Source: Polaribacter sp.
GTDB taxonomy: Bacteria; Bacteroidota; Bacteroidia; Flavobacteriales; Flavobacteriaceae
Assembly (NCBI GenBank): GCA_047622545.1
Contig: JBLHOD010000001.1
Location: 1-39,547, forward strand
Reading direction: 5' to 3'
DNA: 39,547 nucleotides
Shown here: one piece after another, positions 34,934-39,547 of the stretch
Layout: the number at the start of each line of letters is the position of its first letter
Position numbering within the stretch: the stretch's first letter is position 1
Notes under the pieces: model-generated
Seen by the model: only the letters and a program-made list of their open reading frames with translations
Told to the model about the DNA's origin: nothing
The model's database searches: none
Made by a program: the position numbers and the translations under genes

Positions 34934-37801
34934 TTAATATGGTATATCGTCTTTTGGTACTTCTGTTATTTGACTTTCAACTTTTGCAATTTGCTCAGAT
35001 TTAGTGGTGTCTATGTAGAATACTTCTTCAGATTTATTATTAATTGTTTTAATAATTCTATTTCCAGAATTGTGTAACTCTTTTGGGTTAAAAACCCATC
35101 CTTCATTCCATTTACATAAGGCCATTAAGGCTTTTTTAAATTTATTTTGAGTCCATTTGGTTTGCTTTGTAGCTTTTAAAAACTCTTCGAAGGCAAATTC
35201 TTTCATCACAAATTCATTCAAATACTTAAGCTTTCCGTTTTCATCTGTATTGTTAAAGAAAGCCTCTGCCCAACCTTGAAAAGCATCTCCCATTTCAACT
35301 TGTAATGTTCTTTTGGTAACATTATCCATTGGAGGATTTATCTTTTCTTCTATGCTTAAAAAAAACTTAACCGCTTGACCGCAAAAATTATAGTACATGT
35401 TATAATCATCCCAACTAAAATCAGTGAACAAATTTTTTCCATTAAAATCATCTGATACTTTTCTAATTTGCTTGTATTCATCATCATCATTTGAATGATA
35501 ATAATCTGAAAAAACACTTATCAATAATCTACGAGCTGTTGATGGATCAACATTTCTTAGAGCAAAGTTTGATGTAAAACAAAATTTTGGAGATTTAGCA
35601 AAGTCAATTTCGAATGGTGAACCATTTTTAGGATTAACTTTTAATGATCCCGTAATTTCAGAGAAGAAGAAATCAAAATTTAAATACTGTGTTGCATCAT
35701 CGATTAAAATGTAGTCAGTATCTTCAGTTACTTCGTGATAGATAAAATCATTTTGAGTTAGTTTTGGGTCACGACCCTTTAAATAAACCCTTCTTTTATT
35801 GATTTTATTTAGAAAACTATAACATAAACTTTTACCAGTTCCTCCATGACTTTCTCCTAAATCAGAGACTTTATTATCCATTGCAAAAACAGCCCAAGGT
35901 TTATTGTAATTTTTATACTTATGTAGCATATAACCAATGCTGTAAATTTTATTAATCAAATGAAGCTTTTGCTCATGTACTTCATCATCTGAAAGGTTTT
36001 TACCGGCAATATTGAAATGATTAGCTTCAAAATAAGCATCCATTTCTTTTTGTGGTCTTCCTTCAAATGAATCCTCTAAGTCTTTTTTCCAATGCACTCT
36101 TGAAGTATTTATTAAATAATTCAAGAACATATTTTCTTTGTTCATGATATCAATGTCCCAATTTCCAGATTCGTCTTTTTTGATTTTGAAATGATCTTCT
36201 TCTAATTTTACTTCAAAATCTAAAACTTTATCTTCCCATACATATTTATCAACTTCACCTTGTTTAAATTCTTTAATTTCAGTTCCGGTAATCTGCCAAA
36301 CCTTTCTATTAAAGAACCAAAACTGATTTTCTCTGTCTGCATCAGAAAAATTAATATGTAATGCTGGCAATTTTGATAAACTCTTTTCTCCTAACTGTGG
36401 TGATTTATATACATAATCTCTCAATTCAGTTGCCATTCCTCTATCTTCAAGGAATTTATGCACAAAATTTTCAATCATATAAGGCTCTAGTATTCTTACT
36501 ATTGAACCTTCTTTTTTTATGTATATGTAACCATCTTTAAAATTTTCAGCTTCGTATCTTCCAAAGCCTAGTTTTGAGAGGAAATGATACAATTTAGTAT
36601 TTGATAAATTGTAAGTGGTTTTTTTTGTACTTGGGTTAAAATGTTCAGTCCAAAATTGTAAAGGCAAAGAGTTCGCAACAAGCTTATTAAAACCATTGAT
36701 GAATGATTTATTTGAAGCTTGATAAAATGTTTGAACATAGTCTTTAAAATCTTTTTTTGGATTTCCTTTTCTGTCCTTTAGCTGCTTTAATTTTTCTGGA
36801 AGCCATAATAATTTTACATCTAGAAATTTTAAACCTACTTCAATACCTTGCTTTACACCAGTGTGGTCTAAATCTGCGATATATATAATTTCCTTTGCTT
36901 TTGTTTTAAGAACTTTATAATCTTCCCATTCTAAATGTTCTGATTCAGAGTTAAACCAAATAGGATATTCTTCAAAAGAACGTAGGTTTAAAGCATCAGA
37001 ACCACCTGATACTATGAAAACTCTATCTAATCTAGGATCAAACTTTTCTTTTTTCTTTGTGTTTCCTCCTTCAGTTTCATCTGTAATTGAATATTCGTAA
37101 TCCTCTTCTTCAATTTTTTTCTTTTTTTTCTGGAATTCTTTATCAACAGCTTCTAAACCCCAAACATGTCTTTTTGGTTTATCACCAGCATAACGAAAAC
37201 GAAATTGTTTTTCAAACGAATTTGGTTGGTAAATCTTTTGCCAGTGCCCAAAATCAAAAACAAATATTGGATAATCTTCAGTTGCAGTAGTAACTATTGC
37301 TTCATTTTCTTTGCAGAAAGTAAAGGAAGAACATGATTTTAAATTATAATCCGTACAATGATCTTCATTAACTCTTGGTCCTAATAATTGTAAATGATCT
37401 TTTGAAATAGTTTCGTGATATTCAAAAGAATAATCTCCTTTTGATTCATCTTTTTTGAGAGGTCTTTTGGTAATAGTAGGAGTATAGATAACTTGTTTAG
37501 CCCCTTCAACATGATATCTTGCGCCAAGAATAGAACAAGCTTCACCATATGTTTTGCCTTCTTCTACCATACAAACTTGAATACCATTTCTAGGAACTGC
37601 ATCACCACCAAAGTCAGTTACTAGCCAAATACCTTCAGGTAGTTTTTTTAATGATGCAGACGCTGTTTTTTCTGATGTTCGTAATTTAAAAGTTTTAGCA
37701 GCTTTATGAACTACTTTTGTAGCATCTGGATAATAATCTAGTATGATTTGTAAACCACCATCAGTCGCATTAAATATATCTTGGTCTTTAACGTAGCTCA
37801 T
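34934..37801 (-). CDS. Primase-helicase (TOPRIM primase + SF3-like P-loop helicase)
   Basis: N-terminal EKTASA..VTDFG, TOPRIM SGGSDAL / IADLDHTG / KDFKD, helicase GGTGKS, LIDD, FTSN, ARR. Confidence 0.88.
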   Translation of the reverse strand: MSYVKDQDIFNATDGGLQIILDYYPDATKVVHKAAKTFKLRTSEKTASASLKKLPEGIWLVTDFGGDAVPRNGIQVCMVEEGKTYGEACSILGARYHVEGAKQVIYTPTITKRPLKKDESKGDYSFEYHETISKDHLQLLGPRVNEDHCTDYNLKSCSSFTFCKENEAIVTTATEDYPIFVFDFGHWQKIYQPNSFEKQFRFRYAGDKPKRHVWGLEAVDKEFQKKKKKIEEEDYEYSITDETEGGNTKKKEKFDPRLDRVFIVSGGSDALNLRSFEEYPIWFNSESEHLEWEDYKVLKTKAKEIIYIADLDHTGVKQGIEVGLKFLDVKLLWLPEKLKQLKDRKGNPKKDFKDYVQTFYQASNKSFINGFNKLVANSLPLQFWTEHFNPSTKKTTYNLSNTKLYHFLSKLGFGRYEAENFKDGYIYIKKEGSIVRILEPYMIENFVHKFLEDRGMATELRDYVYKSPQLGEKSLSKLPALHINFSDADRENQFWFFNRKVWQITGTEIKEFKQGEVDKYVWEDKVLDFEVKLEEDHFKIKKDESGNWDIDIMNKENMFLNYLINTSRVHWKKDLEDSFEGRPQKEMDAYFEANHFNIAGKNLSDDEVHEQKLHLINKIYSIGYMLHKYKNYNKPWAVFAMDNKVSDLGESHGGTGKSLCYSFLNKINKRRVYLKGRDPKLTQNDFIYHEVTEDTDYILIDDATQYLNFDFFFSEITGSLKVNPKNGSPFEIDFAKSPKFCFTSNFALRNVDPSTARRLLISVFSDYYHSNDDDEYKQIRKVSDDFNGKNLFTDFSWDDYNMYYNFCGQAVKFFLSIEEKINPPMDNVTKRTLQVEMGDAFQGWAEAFFNNTDENGKLKYLNEFVMKEFAFEEFLKATKQTKWTQNKFKKALMALCKWNEGWVFNPKELHNSGNRIIKTINNKSEEVFYIDTTKSEQIAKVESQITEVPKDDIPY

Positions 37802-37803
37802 TG

Positions 37804-37996
37804 TTATTTTACTTGTTCAGGGTTTGTAACTTCGATTTCTTTAGCTATATCTAATTGCAACTTCTCTAAATGAGATTGCATTTGGTTTAATATTTTTACA
37901 TTCTTTTCTTCACTAAATAATTCAGAAGATTTAAACTGATTTATTCTAGCTTCTTGAGCATTTATTTGCGATTGGATATCTTTTATTTTGCACATA
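37804..37996 (-). CDS. Small coiled-coil protein (start probably the internal ATG of MCKIK, near 37995)
   Basis: The upstream extension in the ORF track crosses a terminator-like hairpin at 38009-38032. Confidence 0.55.
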
Positions 37997-38097
37997 GTTT
38001 TTGTTTTAAAAACTCCTTCCGAAAAAGGAGTTTGTTGTTTTATAAAAATTTGTGTAAGCACACAAACCATAAGGGTAAGAACGTATATCTAGCAATG

Positions 38098-38655
38098 CTA
38101 AATGAGGTTAAGTAAAAAGCAAATGTTTGCTATTCCTTGTTTTGTTTGTACTCCAACTGTATCGTGGATATATTTTTTTGCTTTGTGAAATGAACCTAAA
38201 GGAAGCTTCATTTCTTCTGCTATTACTTCATTAGTCATTTCAGAGCATGATAACTGCATTAGCTTAACATCTGTTTTTGTTAAACGAACTTCATTAATCA
38301 TTGGTAACTTACAAAGGATTCCTTCGTGTGGACATTTACCATGATTAGGACATGGCCAGTATTCTCCATCTTGTACTTCACCATCTTTTATATCTGCATT
38401 GAAATCTAAACCCCCAAATCTGCATGTTGCAAATTGTTCAATTCTTTTCATATCAGAAGTAGGGTGCATTGCATGTAATGATATTTGAACATCAATACTT
38501 TTTCCAATTTCCTCTTTTAAGATTTCAATTGTTGTAAAAGGTAGTTCCGTGAATGTTTTAATCTTTCCGTTTTGAATTGCTTTTAATTCATCTTTTTCTA
38601 AAAAAAATTCAGTTGATGAATCTGTCATACCAGGGTATGTTTTTACGTGTGTCAT
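38098..38655 (-). CDS. LuxR-type HTH regulator with a Cys-rich linker
   Basis: LT..DVKLMQL....TNEVIAEEM; CPNHGKCPHEG.LC. Confidence 0.78.
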   Translation of the reverse strand: MTHVKTYPGMTDSSTEFFLEKDELKAIQNGKIKTFTELPFTTIEILKEEIGKSIDVQISLHAMHPTSDMKRIEQFATCRFGGLDFNADIKDGEVQDGEYWPCPNHGKCPHEGILCKLPMINEVRLTKTDVKLMQLSCSEMTNEVIAEEMKLPLGSFHKAKKYIHDTVGVQTKQGIANICFLLNLI

Positions 38656-38665
38656 TTTAAGTGAT

Positions 38666-38950
38666 TTAGGATTTAATTAATTCTTTTAAGCTTTCAATAT
38701 TTTTTTTATTATCTAATGCTACCTCGACTAGCGCTTTGATAATTAATATTTGTTTTTCAAAACCATCATATTTGTTTTTTACATTACGTATAGTTCTATC
38801 AGATGGGGAAAATCTAGTATCGTATGATTTTAGTTTTTCACATACAGAACATGTATAGTTAGATGGTAAAAATTCATCAATTATTTTGAATGAATCTTCA
38901 ATATGTGAATGCATATTGTTTTGTTTTGTTTTTTCTACTACATTTGACAT
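38666..38950 (-). CDS. First early gene of prophage B (Cro position)
   Basis: Divergent from the repressor; SDRTIRNVKN is HTH-like. Confidence 0.65.
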   Translation of the reverse strand: MSNVVEKTKQNNMHSHIEDSFKIIDEFLPSNYTCSVCEKLKSYDTRFSPSDRTIRNVKNKYDGFEKQILIIKALVEVALDNKKNIESLKELIKS

Positions 38951-38994
38951 AAATTATACATATTTGAGTAATTATGTAGCAAATATATACAAAT

Positions 38995-39046
38995 GTTTAT
39001 CAAATTTGATAAACTTATAAGATAAAGTTTATCAAATTTGATTAGT
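38995..39046. promoter_or_regulatory. Operator pair in the prophage B switch region
   Basis: Perfect 20-bp palindrome GTTTATCAAATTTGATAAAC (38995-39014) and a variant at 39027-39046. Confidence 0.8.
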
Positions 39047-39072
39047 TTATATTAATTCTAAATTATATATAT

Positions 39073-39372
39073 ATGACTTTTAATGAGAAAGTTGAGGAGT
39101 TTTTTGATAAAAAAGGCTTGTCAAATAGGGAAGTTGCTAGAATGATGGATTATCCAGAACAATTAATTTCTAGACATATGCATTCGGAAAAGTTATCAAT
39201 TACCTGGATTCAAAAATTATTGGATGCTTTTCCAGAAATTGATATGAACTATTTATTAAAAGATGAAAATCTTTTAAATAAACCAAGAGAAGAATATAAA
39301 AAAAGAAGTACTGTTATTATTGATGAAATTGAAGAGCGTTTAGTCGAATTAAAAACTCTGGTGACACGATAA
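39073..39372 (+). CDS. XRE-family repressor of prophage B
   Basis: KKGLSNREVARMMDY..QLISR ... FPEIDMNYLL. Confidence 0.85.
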   Translation: MTFNEKVEEFFDKKGLSNREVARMMDYPEQLISRHMHSEKLSITWIQKLLDAFPEIDMNYLLKDENLLNKPREEYKKRSTVIIDEIEERLVELKTLVTR

Positions 39373-39420
39373 TAACACGAACTAACTATAATTAACTGTT
39401 AATCAGTGTGCAATTGATTT

Positions 39421-39435
39421 CTGGCGCGATCACAA
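39421..39435 (+). repeat. attR core CTGGCGCGATCACAA
   Basis: Exact copy of 113-127. Confidence 0.9.
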
Positions 39436-39464
39436 AAAAAGCCTTGCATTTGCAAGGTTTTTTT
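39434..39464 (+). terminator. Probable original tRNA terminator displaced by integration
   Basis: AAAAAAAGCCTTGC-attt-GCAAGGTTTTTTT. Confidence 0.75.
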
Positions 39465-39547
39465 GTTTATGTTGTGGTTCAGTTTTATTTCTTTTATTTT
39501 AAAGAATATGTTTTTTTAGTAAAAATTTTGTTACAAGTAATTTTTAA

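Larger units (their letters stand above)
113..39435. mobile_element. tRNA-Arg-integrated defective composite prophage island (prophage A remnant + cassette array + prophage B remnant)
   Basis: Flanking 15-bp direct repeat, tyrosine integrase, two separate repressor/replication/terminase gene sets on opposite strands. Confidence 0.88.

Noticed and set aside
11694-37290. Shadow ORFs in the array and prophage B (11694, 12926, 17181, 17473, 18464, 19659, 20484, 22717, 25402, 25641, 27037, 31126, 32557, 32952, 34261, 34636, 37087)
   Set aside because: They overlap longer motif-bearing genes, mostly in the antisense frame, and have no independent support.

Overview
AT-rich window, probably Flavobacterium or a related Bacteroidota (inferred from TAnnTTTG-type promoter boxes and gene style). 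Almost all of it is one integrated island. The island is bounded by the 3' end of a tRNA-Arg(TCT) gene (113-127) and a 15-bp copy of that sequence at 39421-39435. It looks like a chimera of two unrelated, incomplete temperate prophages facing each other. Prophage A (+ strand, ~234-9306) carries an integrase, repressor, replication initiator with iterons, DnaB, HNH nuclease and P27-type TerS, then stops. Prophage B (- strand, ~17081-39372) carries a repressor with palindromic operators, primase-helicase, probable origin, lysis genes, S49 protease, major capsid and terminase, but no recognisable portal, tape measure or integrase. The two halves are joined by a ~7.5-kb region (9397-16946) built like an integron gene-cassette array with no integron integrase. 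In it, ~125-200-bp attC-like hairpins (..AAC ... GTT..) separate cassettes whose two ends are complementary to each other, and cargo ORFs stop next to the GTT core. One cassette encodes a PARIS-like (ABC ATPase + TOPRIM/DUF4435) defence pair. Two hairpins carry an ATG in their loop, in frame with the GTT core, so a protein can begin inside the putative recombination site. All protein calls come from reading motifs by eye; no database searches were run.
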